A stretch of 64,000 nt of DNA. Source: Octopus sinensis (lineage: Eukaryota). The stretch lies in contig NC_043010.1 of assembly GCF_006345805.1 (NCBI RefSeq), forward strand, positions 3,348,001-3,412,000. Direction: 5' to 3'. The translations under genes and the position numbers were made by a program. Position 1 is the first letter of the stretch, and every line of letters starts with the position of its first letter. Positions 27,081-40,096 of the stretch are shown here, one piece after another. The notes beneath the pieces were generated by a model that was not told where the DNA came from, did not search any database, and worked only from the letters and a program-made list of their open reading frames with translations.

Positions 27081-27189
27081 TATAAATGGAACAACTGAAA
27101 GGCAGCATGATGATGTGAACTTTGCAGTCACTCTGAAGTAATAACATTAACTCAACGTGCAGAAAAATATCTTTATCTTGTGGTCACAG
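27081..27189. repeat. 109-bp dispersed duplication, copy 2
   Basis: Offset 4258 nt from copy 1 (22823-22931). Confidence 0.95.
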
Positions 27190-28599
27190 TATTGAAAAAG
27201 AAAATTCAAAGAAAGCAAATACCATTGGGAAATAAAGAATTTGAATATCCAATTGGAAAATAATAATTTAAAGCAAGTAGACCCGTTTTCCTATTCTAGA
27301 ATTTGCAAGGAATGTGATGGATACAAACAAAAACTTAAGAGTGATAATAGATACGTTCAAAAGCCTTAGTAGAAAATGGTCATTTAAAATTCAACACCAC
27401 AAAAATAAATTTAAATTTTCAGTCGACCCTAAATTATTTTAGTTAAACAGTAAGAATCGCCAAGGGAATGGAGAAAAATGTGGAAGAATTTGTATGTAAG
27501 ATGAGGCAAAATTCAAAACAAAGAAATCAAAGACATCTTTGCAATCTAAAGTAACACCAGCCATTTTAGGAAGATGAAAGAACATTGTTATGTTTTGATA
27601 AGAGATAACAGATAGTAACAAACAAATAAATAAATAAATAAACTGGCTTTAAAGTGAGAAACATCTGGAAAATGAAAATCAAGGCACTGAAGAAAAAATT
27701 TTAAACAGAATACTTGCACATTGCAAAGGAAATGTGTGAATTGAGTTGACAAAGTAAAATGGTTGAAAGTGAGAAAATAACAGTTTAATTCTTATGTGCC
27801 ATCTGATAGCATCAGACGGATGTACAGAACCTTGCTTCACCAAAATATGCATCACAAATCAGTATATCTATGCTCGGTAATGTAAATTTAAGCACTTTCA
27901 ATTCAATTAAAACTGTTTTACTAACAAAGTTGAACCAGAATCGATTTTAGTAAATATACCTCCAAACATACTATATTCATTACAAGCTGTTCTGAGGAAT
28001 TCCATTTGATTCCTTGGTTATGAAACCATTTGCTTTGTTGCTATCCTTTGGGACTTTGTGTATCTTGCTACAGCATGTATCATGCATAAGATTTACTCAA
28101 TTAAATCATTGAACTTGGCTAACTCTGTCACATCACCTCTGGAATTTTTATGGACCCTGTCATTTGCACACAGCGAGAAAAAATTTTTCTCTAAATTTTT
28201 TTTTCGATAACATCACTTTTCCAACACAATTTGCAGAGAATGGATCTTGCTTTTTTTTTCTTTTTTAATATTTTTAATTACTTTATTCTTTTCAATGCTT
28301 GACCAAGACAATAGGAAATAATTCATTTGCATATGCCGGTTAAAATTTTCATTGATGCTTTCGAAATAAAAACAAATCATTATAATTTAAATGAAAAGAA
28401 ATGAAGATCAAAATTTATGTGGAATACTTAATATGATTTGATTTATAAAGAGAAGTGGAGGGCTGAATAAAGAAAATACAATAGGGAAAAGAAATAGCAA
28501 TGATATGATTTACTGAATAAATAGCAACAGAATGGAAAATGGGGGAAGAATTAAAATGAAAGGTAAGGGTGAAGAATAAAATGAAGGATTGCATAATAT

Positions 28600-29520
28600 G
28601 ATCTGTGCATACACACACACACACACACATATACATACATACATACATGCATGCATACACACATATATACAGACAGACAGGTATACATACATACATACAT
28701 ACATACACACATACACACATACATACAGACAGACAGGCATACATACATACATACATACATACATACATACATACATACATACACTACATGTATCTAAGAT
28801 CTAAAACATAATTTTGGTAAACAAAGGAAGGAATAGAGTAGAATGGAAAAATTAGATGAAATATAAAAATATACTTATTTGAGGAGGAAATATTAAGGGG
28901 TAATAAAGATGAGAAACATGAAAATAAGACAGATATTTCTGAATAACGTTTATTATCAGTTAATGATTATTGTATAGCTCATTAGCATATTGATATATAA
29001 ATAATGATCATTGAATTGCAAATATTTTTCTAGCATTTCTTTTTAGGTTGAAGCATTTTCTTGCTGAATAATCAGTGTTGGTTGACTAAGCAAACGTATG
29101 ATCGTTGTTATATTGAAATTCTTTTCATTCTCACAGACATTTAATCATACATACACACACACGAATACATACATTTATATGCATGCATAAATATGTATAC
29201 ATACAAAAATAATAGATATATATATGCATACATTTGTTTGTTTGTGTGTGTGTGTGTGTGTATGAAGCATCCAATTTCATTTCGCTTAAACATTTCAGAA
29301 TTCAAGATAAGATGATGCAAGAAACAATTCTCTTGTGAAGAAGAACTGAAATAAATCTCAAAGAAACATACATATATACATTATATGCATACAAAGGCAC
29401 ATATACATACATAAATAAATACATACATACATACATACATACATACATACATACATACATACATACATACATACATACATACATACATACATACATACAT
29501 GCATACATATATACATATGG
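28600..29520. repeat. (CA)n/(TACA)n/(CAGA)n microsatellites at ~28600-28790 and ~29395-29520
   Basis: Directly visible. Confidence 0.93.
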
Positions 29521-30929
29521 ATATATAGCATCCAATTATATTTGTCTTAAATGACTCAGAATCCGAACTTATTGGAAAACAAAAACAAAAAACAAAAACA
29601 AAAAACAAGCATTCATATTGTTTTATATTTTTATGAAATAGGGAAGTGATGGAAAAAGTAAAACTCTATTAAATGCCTTTTAAGATCTGGATCTCAGAAA
29701 TCTTGGTTCAAGTCTCAGTGTGGTCAACTACACCCATTTTGTTAAAATATTCGACTTAGAAGAAACAAATAATGCCATGCATCAGTAAAAGAATAATAGA
29801 AACAGTCAAAATAATCCTTTCTATCATAAGCACAAAACCTGAAATTTCAGTGGGAAAGGGCTAGTTGATCACATTGTCCCCGGTACATAACAGATTCTTA
29901 TTTCATTGACCCTAAAAGGATTTACGGCAAAGTTGATCTTTGTTGGAATATGAAGGCAGATGAAGTGCCTCTATGCATGCATTTTATCTGGCACACTACT
30001 GATCTTCCCAGCTCACCACTGAAATAATAGAATAGATATTATGTGCTGTTAGGCCTTACTTCTAGTCTAAATAGTTTCTGTTATTTTTATTATTGAAATC
30101 AATAAGATATGTAATATTTATTTATTGAATTCTCTCTCAATGTAAAACATCACAGTGCCTTTTATAAAATAAGTAAAAATCTAAATGGCACCTTTTAATT
30201 TACCATTTCTAAAAAGAAATTGTCAATTGGTTTTTGGGAAAGTTCTTTTAAAGAATTCTGTCTATAAAGGTGTAAATAAATAAAACAAAAATATTTGTTG
30301 TTAAAAACAACATCTCACGCTTAAATTATCTTAAATTAAAGTGGTGGACAGCCACATGAATAACTTACGACTTTCTCAACACTTGATATATATGCACTAT
30401 GGTAGACTCTCCTGTCACAGACAACAGATGATCATTCTGCAATTTCTTGCTCAACAACCTACACAGATATCTTATCAATGAACAAATGTTCAAGTTGTAC
30501 AATAGCTCACTCCCTCCATCAGATCAACATTACCTGTACAGGTGCACATTGTACAGGTGCACACCAGGCCTTGAAGTGATTGCACAGCAATGTGAAATGA
30601 AGTGTTTTGCTAAAAAAAAAAACAATTTTAATCCTCAAATCTGAAATCTGTTGTACTATCAGTCCTAGGAATTCCAGATAAAGTATTATCAAACGATATT
30701 TTTATTTCAAATTATCTTCAACTTAATTTTGTTTCTATCAAATGAAAATTAAGAAGCATCTTGTATTGATGTAGTGGGGAGAAAAACAAATGAATACTGT
30801 TCAGTGTCAGTATCTGTAATAATAATAGCCTCTGTCCTGTCATCTCCTCAGAGATGATAGGATACAGTTAAATCTGGCAGAGGTTTACGCTCAGAACACT
30901 GATAAACAGATATCAAGAACAAAATAAAT

Positions 30930-31361
30930 ATAGTAGTAGTAGTAGTAGTAGCAGCAGTGGTGGTGGTGGAAATGGCGGCAGTAGTGGAGGTAGTGATGAT
31001 GGTGATGGTAGAGGTAGTGGTGATAGTACTTATTTAGTGTTAGTAGTAGTGGTGGTGGGGTGTATTGGTGTTTATGGTTCTAGTGGTAATACAAGTGATG
31101 GCAGTAGTTGTGGTGGTGGTGGTGGTGCTGCTGCTGCTGGTGCTGGTAGTGATGGTGATGGTGGTGACGGTATTGATGGTCATAGTAGTATTAACTGTGA
31201 TAGTAGTACAGAGTGATGGTAGAGATAGTGGTGTTTGTGCTGTTGGTGATGGTGTAGGAGTGTTGGTGTTGATGATTGTAGTGGTGGTGGTGGTGGTGGT
31301 AGCACTTGTTATGTCAGTAGTTGTGGTAGTGTTGGTGGTGGTAATAGTGAAGATGATGGCA

Positions 31362-31397
<36 letters not shown>

Positions 31398-31410
31398 CAG
31401 CAGTAGCATA
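30930..31410. repeat. Mosaic trinucleotide tract (TAG/GGT/GAT/GCT)n
   Basis: Directly visible; generates the poly-Val ORF 31065..31364. Confidence 0.92.
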
Positions 31411-32454
31411 TTTTTTTATATTTTAAGAGAAGAGCAAGTTAGGTTTTAGCGATGAGCAAGTGAAGTGATACAAGAAATTTTGTAAATAACTTTACTGTGT
31501 TTTTTTTACACTCTACCAGTCACCATACTCTGGTTCATTTGTTTCGTGAAATAATAAAATACACCAAAACAAAAAAAAAAGGGGGAATATAAAAGCTAGC
31601 ACTTTATTGGAACTTTGTCATTTTGTTATTGTTATTCAAGTTACCAGACAACGTGACAATTTTGATATTTGGCCATGATAAAAAGAAAAAGAAAAAAAAA
31701 GAGGTGATGATTTTTCAGAAACCAGCATAATATATAATGGTTGGTTTTCATAGAAATACGAACAGTTTCAGTTTGGTGCCAAATCTTGATAACTTAATAT
31801 ATGTATGTTAGTATTTGTGCTAAAACAACAACAATATTACTAACTTACACAGAGGTAACTAGAGATAGCCTTTAACAGTATTAAAGCCATTGGTAAAATA
31901 TTATAGTTTGGAAACTGAACATTTCTTTTTGTTTTTACTATATAAGTATACAGTAAACTCACCAATTGAGTTCATGGAGTAATTCTGTGCTTTGCTGAGG
32001 AATAAAAGCTCTCAGATAATATACGTAAGAAAATGTTCCAAGTAGTAGTAGTAGTGGTGGTGGCGGCGGTGATGGCAGGTGATGGTGGCACAGCCGTGGA
32101 AACAGTGTAGAGGCATAGTACATACCCTTTTAAAGCCATTTTAAAGATTAATGCAACCAAGATAGGATTTATTCATAGTCTAGAAAACAAGTCAGTATAC
32201 TTGCAAAATAGTAGACTGCACTAAAGGTACACAGAAAGACAAGATCAGATGGTAGCAAATTGGCAGAGTAAAGGTGCTAGAATTGTTAGAGGATTTGATA
32301 GAATGCCTTGTGGTATTTGTTTCAACATTCTCCACTCTAAGCTCAAATCTTGCAAAGATTGGCCTTACCTTTTATCTTTTCAGTGTCAATAAAAAAAGAA
32401 AAGTACCAGTCCAAGGCAGAGAGGCAATGGATTAGTCGAACTATAAAAAGAGTA

Positions 32455-32720
32455 CACTAGCAGAAACGTTAGCATGCCGGCAAAATGCTTAGTGGTATTT
32501 TGTCTGTCTTTATGTTCTGAGTTCAAGCTCTGCCAAGGTCGGCTTAACTTATCAAGTTCTGTCAAGGTCGACTTGATTTATCAAGTTCTGCCAAGGTCGA
32601 CTTAATTTATCAACCCCTTTCGGGGTTAATAAATTAAGTACCAGTTGTGTACTGGGTTGATCTAATCGACTGGTCCTCTCCCCGCAAATTTCAGGCCTTG
32701 TTCCTAGAGTTGAAAAGAAT
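32455..32720 (+). mobile_element. Family-A SINE with an internal 29-nt triplication
   Basis: GCAGAAACGTTAGCA head. Unit TCAAGTTCTGCCAAGGTCGACTTAATTTA occurs three times (32523-32609), followed by the normal CCTTTCGGGG...AAATTAAGTACCAGTT body. Confidence 0.85.
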
Positions 32721-32983
32721 AAGAGCACACTTGACACTTTGTGATATTTGTTCCAGCTGTTTACATCCTGTGTTCAAATTGCATCATAGCATACTTGGGT
32801 GGCTGATTTAATCTTTTGCCCAACTTAATCGATCACCTGAGACATTGTGTGCCTTTAACAAAGTCCACTTTGTGACAAGCATTCAGGCCAGGAGTGCAGT
32901 TTCAGGAAACCTTCCTTCCATCCACCTGTTTCAGAGGCTTACTGCCTTCCCTAAAAGTTAAAAGCAAAACTTTGGATGACTGA

Positions 32984-33213
32984 TTAACCCCTATGATACC
33001 AACTTGTCTGAGACTGCCTGTGGTTTTTATAATACAAAATTCCTGTTAAAATTGCCTAAATTAAAATCTCCCATCAAAATTTCATGATAGTTCATGTCCC
33101 AAATACCAGCTTAATAATGACAATCTTTTTGTTACTAAATTATTTATTGTTTTCAAAATTCATTGAAACAGAGTCAGTGTATTTGAAAAGAAATATGGAA
33201 ACAAAAGGGTTAA
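32984..33213 (+). mobile_element. TTAA-flanked MITE (piggyBac-type termini), family 2
   Basis: TTAA-CCCCTATGATACCA ... TGGAAACAAAAGGG-TTAA imperfect terminal inverted repeats. Confidence 0.65.
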
Positions 33214-34596
33214 GTTTACTCCCCAAACCTGGTAGTTATCCCTGACAGCTTGTTAAAAAGATAATTCAGACTAAATGTATTCTCCCCAGAACACTCAACA
33301 CTGGCACCTACAATAGATTTGAACCCATGATCTATGAACAAGTAGTCCTATATTCTATCAACTTAACCATTTTGGTTTTCAAAGACACAGTTTAAAACAA
33401 AACAATTATCTGGGCAAATTTTTTAATTGTTGTATTGATGATGAAGTAACTGAATTCATTCCCCATTTATGTAATAACCAATAGTTTAAACTAGAACATC
33501 ATTATCTAGACATTATGGATTACAAACTGTAGAAACTGAACATATTTGAATTCTAACAAGTCTTGAGCGTCTTAGTTATTAAGCCATGCCAATACAATGA
33601 TTGGAGGTGCAAAATTTTATATTTGAAACCAAATTATGAAAAAAATTATTTTTCACTTAATAAAAAAAAATGTTGTTATCAGCTACTATCTCATTAAACT
33701 GAGAATTTCATTTTTTGATGTTTTTCTTTATTGTTTTCTTTTTTCTTTATTTTTTATTTTTTGTTTATTTATTTATTATTTTTTTTGGTGAAAATTCACC
33801 AAAGGCTGTTAGGTTAATTACATGGTTACTCAGGGAGCAAGTATTGGTGAATATTAAAAAGCATTGGTGTGGCTTAATAAATAAGCCGCTAGCCATTATA
33901 ACAGGAAGAAGAGATTTGATTCTGACAAATAGCTGCAGGTTTAATTCATCTCATCAAAATGTGAAATGAATTAAAATTTTCTTTGTAAAAATAAAACAAA
34001 AAAGACTTCCTTAAGGAAGTCTTTGAAAACAGTATTAAAAATGTACATCCACAAAAAAAAAAACAAGAAAAGAGAAACCCCCCCAAGACAATAACTAGCT
34101 CATCTTTACTAACATCAACATCAAGTTATTCATATCATAATGAATCATGCATTATTGGAACTGTTTTGAGGATGTTGATCAACTTTGAGACTTGCAGTGT
34201 TATAAAGAATAATACAAAATGTGGAAAAAACTAAGTTTCCAGCTATTGCCATTCACCGATTATTCATTTTATTCAAATTTAAATCAAGGTGGAAGCAGAA
34301 TTGCAATATCTGTTTCTAATAAAACTAAAAAAATTATACAGGTTTGGTCTACAATAATTAATTATTCCTTCATTTCTTATTAAGTCAATCAACGTGTAAA
34401 TAGCATAAAGAATGGCTGAGGCATCGATAAAGTAACAATGGATTTGAAGAATTTTTTGATAAAACCAAATTCAAGCCTGATATTCATTGCAAATTTATTT
34501 TCTCTGCTATATTATCTTCCAATAAATGTTTACATCGTATGGTATGTCAGAATTTGTTTTGGCTTGCACCGCATTGAACAGTGAAAGATAGTCATT

Positions 34597-34831
34597 AAGG
34601 CGGCGAGCTGGCAGAAACGTTAGCACGCCGGCCGGAATGCCTAGCAGTATTTCGGCTGCTGTTACATTCTGAGTTCAAATTCTGCCGAGGTCAACTTTGC
34701 CTTTCATCCTTTCGGGGTTGATAAATTAAGTACCAGTTACACACTGGGGTCGATATAATAGACTTAATCCGTTTGTCTGTCCTTGTTTGTCCCCTCTATG
34801 TTTAGCCCCTTGTGGGTAGTAAAGAAACAGA
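34597..34831 (+). mobile_element. tRNA-derived SINE, family A (young copy)
   Basis: GGCGGCGAGCTGGCAGAAACGTTAGCACGCC...GAGTTCAAATTCTGCCGAGG (A/B-box-like); near-identical to 43711-43943. Confidence 0.92.
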
Positions 34832-35398
34832 TATTCATGTCTGGTGAAAAACGACAGTTTGTTTGAATTTTTCATCATGAAGCCAAGTGAACTCACAAAT
34901 GCTATCTAATACAAAACATCTTGACATGTACAATTCGGTACAATGCCATATACTGCTTCATGATACCTATTGAGAGTGAGGAAGATATGAAGCCATTAAG
35001 AGTTAAATAATTATGTTAGAGGAACATCATATTAACAAGGATGATCTTTTCATACAATTCAGCAAGCTACAACTCTCTCTCATTCCCCCTCTTCCCACTT
35101 TCTCTCCTTTTAGACATTCTTTTAAGTGCCATGCCTTTCAATTCATTATATGTCTGTTTTCTTAACGTCATACAAATAATAATAAAGAATATGTTTCACT
35201 GAGGAGTACTAACTAAACTGAAACATGTCTACAGTACTTATCAAAGATTAGATTTACCTCTCCCAACTGCATGTTTATATTTGATTTTAAATTATTCAAA
35301 TTTTCAAGTTGTCTTCCTTATTTTCTTAACCAGAATTAAATATTATGCTAATAGTTGACTCCACCATGCATCCACTACTACAGGTGTAATTCGAAGTA

Positions 35399-35606
35399 CA
35401 GACATCTTCTGCATTACAGAAATGTTGAGCTGCTGAAAATCTGAAAACTTTACCATGAAATAAAATTCCATAACAGGTGATCTATTTTCTTATTGACTAC
35501 CATGTTACACAGAGAAGATGACAAGAAGTAGATTTCGCATTATAAAATTCCATTTTAAGACAAGATATCCAGGAATGTAATGCTTCTATAATGCAGAGGA
35601 TGTCTG
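35399..35606. mobile_element. 208-bp Tc1/mariner-type MITE with TA target duplication
   Basis: TA|CAGACATCTTCTGCATTACAGAA ... TTCTATAATGCAGAGGATGTCTG|TA; 21/23 complementary TIRs starting with CAG and flanked by TA on both sides. Confidence 0.75.
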
Positions 35607-37617
35607 TAACCTATTTTATCCCCTTACATTAAGTATGCCTGCATTGGTCTATTCATTTACTTGCTTCATTTTTTTTCTTTTTTGCTTATTATTAAATGAT
35701 ATATCATATAATCTATGTTGAAATGAATTTAAAATTTTATCCTTTCGTGCTAATGAGACACACTGCCAGATGACATCTTTTAAAGTTACCATGAAAACCA
35801 GTTGTATATCTCACTTGATTGAACACATTTACAGCATACTGACATTTAATGGTGTTAAAATCAATACAATCTCTAACTATTGATCAGATAAATTACCAGA
35901 ACCCATCCAAATAAGTTAGACCTCTTAATTTTCTGGAAAACCTTAAGAGAATAAAACTTCCTAGTTAGATATATAACACTGACAACTGGCTTCAAGTTTT
36001 CTGTTCAATTAGTTCAAATTTGAAAAGAAAATCTTTTGGAAAGTATGAATATTTGAAGACAAGAAATGTATTTGTAAAACTTTAAAAAATTTGAAGAGGA
36101 GAAATTTATTCTTTCTATTATCTGTTTAGAGTCATCTTCCTTTTAATTTCACCATCTGAGCTCCGAGAATGGTACTGCCAACTAAAGCAATATCCTAATG
36201 TTTTTCCTGCCCATAAGATTCATATAAAATATTTAGAAACAAATCCCACTTATGACTTTTCTTTATTAATGTTAAAATGGGTTAAATAAAGGAAATTAAA
36301 AACAATGATATATGTTTGAAATTTTTTCAAGTGTCAGAACAAAACTATACTTTTTTTCTGCTTAGAACTATAGCTAATTGATACCAGTAATTGCTGTTGT
36401 TGCAGCCCTACAAATTGAAAGAGATACATTGAAATGTTAGTGCCTCTTAAATTTTAGCCAAAAGCAAAAAACAAAAAAAACAAACAAAATTCTTGAATGT
36501 GATGCATTTTCTTTCTTTGTAATATCCAATCACAGATATAATTGGTTAGATATACACTTTGCAGACAAATACAACAGGCTATAAGTACCAATGATAATAT
36601 CAACCAAGTGCCAAATTCTATTTCTAAATAGTTTTATATTCTGTAAGTAATTGTTAAAAATGAAATGGCAACCAATCAGCAAATTTTAATGTAAAAAAGG
36701 AAAAGAAAAAAGAATAATTTTTAAGCCAAAGTGTTTTTGGTGATTGGCCAATAGAATTTCTCAGGTGTGTTGTGCAGAATTTTGTCGACTGCTATCAGAG
36801 AAATGTTTTGTTGTTCAAAAATTAATAAATGGCCTTTGGAAGGAAAAATATATAACTCTGTACAGACTGAAAACACTATATTTAAAAATTGAGAACAGAT
36901 ACTTAATTACAGTTTGCCATTGAGAGTGTAAGAATGCAGTGTGAAGCAAACAGCTGAGTGCATCAGAGATGCAGTTGAAAGAAGAGAATTTAATCCATAG
37001 TGGCCATACAATACACAGTATGTCTATGGGAGTGAAGATGCGCTGAAGAAGGAAAGAATGGCTTAAAACAGTAAAAGAAGAATAAGGAAATATGCTGAAT
37101 AGAGATAAGTGGGAAAGTTGGGGTTTAATAAGTATTAGACATAATTCCATACAAGAAAGTTATTTAGAAATGGGGAAAAAAAAAAAAAAATCAAAGTACT
37201 ATGATGTAAAATTCATTAGCTGGAATGTATAGAGATGATAATGTAAAAGATAAAATGTAAAGGAGAGCTGAGTTTATATAGTATTTAAGGTATTTATGTA
37301 GAATGTTTAAAGACTTCCCTTCTGCATTAAGCTTAGATTTAATAAAAGATTGATTATGAAGATTATATGTTGTGGAGGTAATGCAGCTTGGAGCATGGAT
37401 AGGCTCTGAGATAATGAGGTGAATATTAATACAAGTATTAAGATGCATATTATAAGATACATGCTGCAAAAACATATGAGGAGCAATGAATCATGCAGAA
37501 CATTTTGAGATACTATATTCCTTAATTGGAATCAATTTGAATTAAGAGAAGTTACTTATAAAACAATCCTTTTGTTGTATATATAAATCATGTATGGAGC
37601 ATGTATACACATATGAT

Positions 37618-37998
37618 GGAAGCACTCCGTCGGTTACAACGACAAGGGTTCCGGTTGATCCGATCAACGGAACAGCCTGCTTGTGAAATTAACGTGTAAG
37701 TGGCTGAGCACTCCTCAGACACGTGTACCCTTAACGTAGTTCTCAGGGATATTCAGCGTGACACAGAGAGTGACAAGGCCGGCCCTTTGAAATACAGGTA
37801 CAACAGAAACAGGAAGTAAGAGTGAGAGAAAGTTGTGGTGAAAGAGTACAGCAGGGATCACCACCATCCCCTGCCGGAGCCTCATGGAGCTTTAGGTGTT
37901 TTTGCTCGATAAACACTCACAACGCCCAGTCTGGGAATCGAAACCACGATACTACGACCGCGAGTCCGCTGTCCTAACCACTGGGCCATTGCGCCTCC
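37618..37998 (-). mobile_element. tRNA-derived SINE, family C (young, full length)
   Basis: The minus strand starts GGAGGCGCAATGGCCCAGTGGTTAGGACAGCGGACTCGCGGTCG...GGTTTCGATTCCCAG (tRNA-like A and B boxes) and continues into about 300 nt of non-tRNA body. Confidence 0.9.
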
Positions 37999-40049
37999 AC
38001 ATACACATATACTTAAAGAATACAAAGAGTGTAATGCAACAATATTAAAGCAAATATTGGTCAGAAAATATACTTCTGATATAACAAGCAAATTAACATT
38101 AAAAATATTTAAGTAAACTGTTTTATTATATAATATCTTCAGCTTTATGGATCTTTAAAATATATGAGAAAAGATTCATAAACACGTGGCTCTCTACAAT
38201 TTAACGTGAAAAAAATGTTAAGCTCTATAAATAAATGTCAGACAACAGAATAATGCTGCTCATGTGACTGATATATTTTGCTGCCCTCTTTCTGGACCTA
38301 TGTATCATCGAGCATATAATAAAATTCACTTTAGTATGGAGACAAGATTTGAATGGATCAGCAAATATATCTTCATCATAAGCCAATCCATTTATTAGTC
38401 ATACCTTCTGTGGTCAATTTTTTAATTCACTTTGTCTATCATATTCGTATCATTCATCTCATAAATCAGATGCTATATTTTTGTTCTCTTCATTTTTACG
38501 GAAGTTTTTCCTATCTACAGTAATTTACTATTAAACATACTTGACAATATTGAAATGAAAAACAACATCCTAATACTAAAAGTGTTCTCCCTGATCAGCT
38601 GAAATCATGACCCCTTGTCTTATTGACAGATCAATGGTATTTATCACCCCAGCACCACTATCATCACTATCAATCATCACCATCATCATGTTCTAATGTG
38701 AGCAACCTACCAATTAACAATGTAGGATATACATGTATTGAAGCCATCATTGTGTTTATATCTTCAGATATCAAACATGTTCCAATGCACATATGTATAA
38801 CAGTAATGTTATCTGGAAAATTTCAATATATATTGAGCTAATAAAGAGAAGGTGAAGAACTCCAATACTATTTTTGTTTTATACTATATTATATATTTTT
38901 CTGCTGGAGTTTGTAGCCAGTGGTTGTATATATTTGAACTACTATTAAGTAATTAAGAAAAAAAAAGGGAGAATATAAGCAGATGGCAGCAAACAATAAT
39001 GCCGTGAAAAAGCCTGTCAGATATTTCAGACTGTTTTGTTTCAGTGTAACTTGCTATAGTTGTATGTCAGCTGAAGTGATCAGATCTATGCTTCAATGTA
39101 ATATGCAACGCAACCAAAGTACAGGCTCTGTGAAAGACAGATGATTGTAGAACATAAGCAAAAAGTACTTTTGAAGATCAGCAATATTTTAGCAGTAATG
39201 CCACTTAGAGAAGCACAGAGGTGAAGACATTTAAGTGAAAGGATTAGGTCTTGTATCAAATTTGATTTATAAGTTGCCAGCATTTGTCCTACATCTAATA
39301 GCAGTTTGAAGAGATGTAAGCTATATATTAATAGTGAAATAGCATCTTAAATTTGATAGAAAACTATAAACCCATACTAATGAGTAATTTTTAACATACT
39401 TCATCAAAATATGATTTTATGGCATTTTGTTTGTGTAGTTTATTTTCGTTCACAGTATCAAATGAAAATCTTAAAAGTCATAGACTGATATTAATATTGA
39501 TGAAAACAAATATGTTCACACTGAAGAAGAAAGGTGTGGAATGGGAGATCAGAAGCACAGATAATGTACTGATCAAATAAATACAATATGCTAGAGTTAC
39601 TTCTACATTTTAGATAGGTTTTGCTGTAAATGCTGGAAATAAATAAGAGTAGTATGATAGACTCTTATTTCAATGAAGAATTAGAATGTGAGAAAATGGT
39701 TAAATATGAAGTGAAATGTATGCTTTCTAGTTATGAAAAGGAACCTATACACAAAAGTGGCAAATATACTTTCAGCTTTCCAACCATTAATGAATATTCA
39801 TTGGTCAATGATATCATGTGACCCTGCTGCCACATGTTTATAAAGTGAAGCCAATATACTTCCATTCTCCAATCTCCTTTGCCCTTACACATCTGAATAA
39901 ACAGCTGAATTCCTAACAACACTTTCAATGTACTTTCATCTGCAGCTATTCAAACCATCATAATGCTTCCTAACTTTCCAATTCACTGATCTTTAAACCC
40001 TGAACAAAACAGCTGCCAAAGAATGACTTGGAATTTTCAAAACATTTTT

Positions 40050-40062
40050 ATCTGTATGTATG

Positions 40063-40096
<34 letters not shown>

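Noticed and set aside
31065-31364. Poly-Val 99-aa ORF
   Set aside because: Mosaic trinucleotide repeat.
32523-32609. CRISPR-like 29-nt direct repeats
   Set aside because: Head-to-tail with no spacers, inside a SINE, in a eukaryotic context with no cas genes.
36815-37475. Two long minus ORFs (111 and 94 aa) and protein-like + frames with stops
   Set aside because: Explained by strand purine/pyrimidine skew; no identifiable homology or consistent splice signals.
37920-37998. tRNA gene
   Set aside because: The tRNA-like sequence continues into a SINE body with a homologue at 12035-12340, so it is a SINE head rather than a tRNA gene.
38973-39134. VTCYSC resembling a Ly6/three-finger domain start
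   Set aside because: The remaining cysteine pattern is absent, there is no signal peptide, and the frame stops early.
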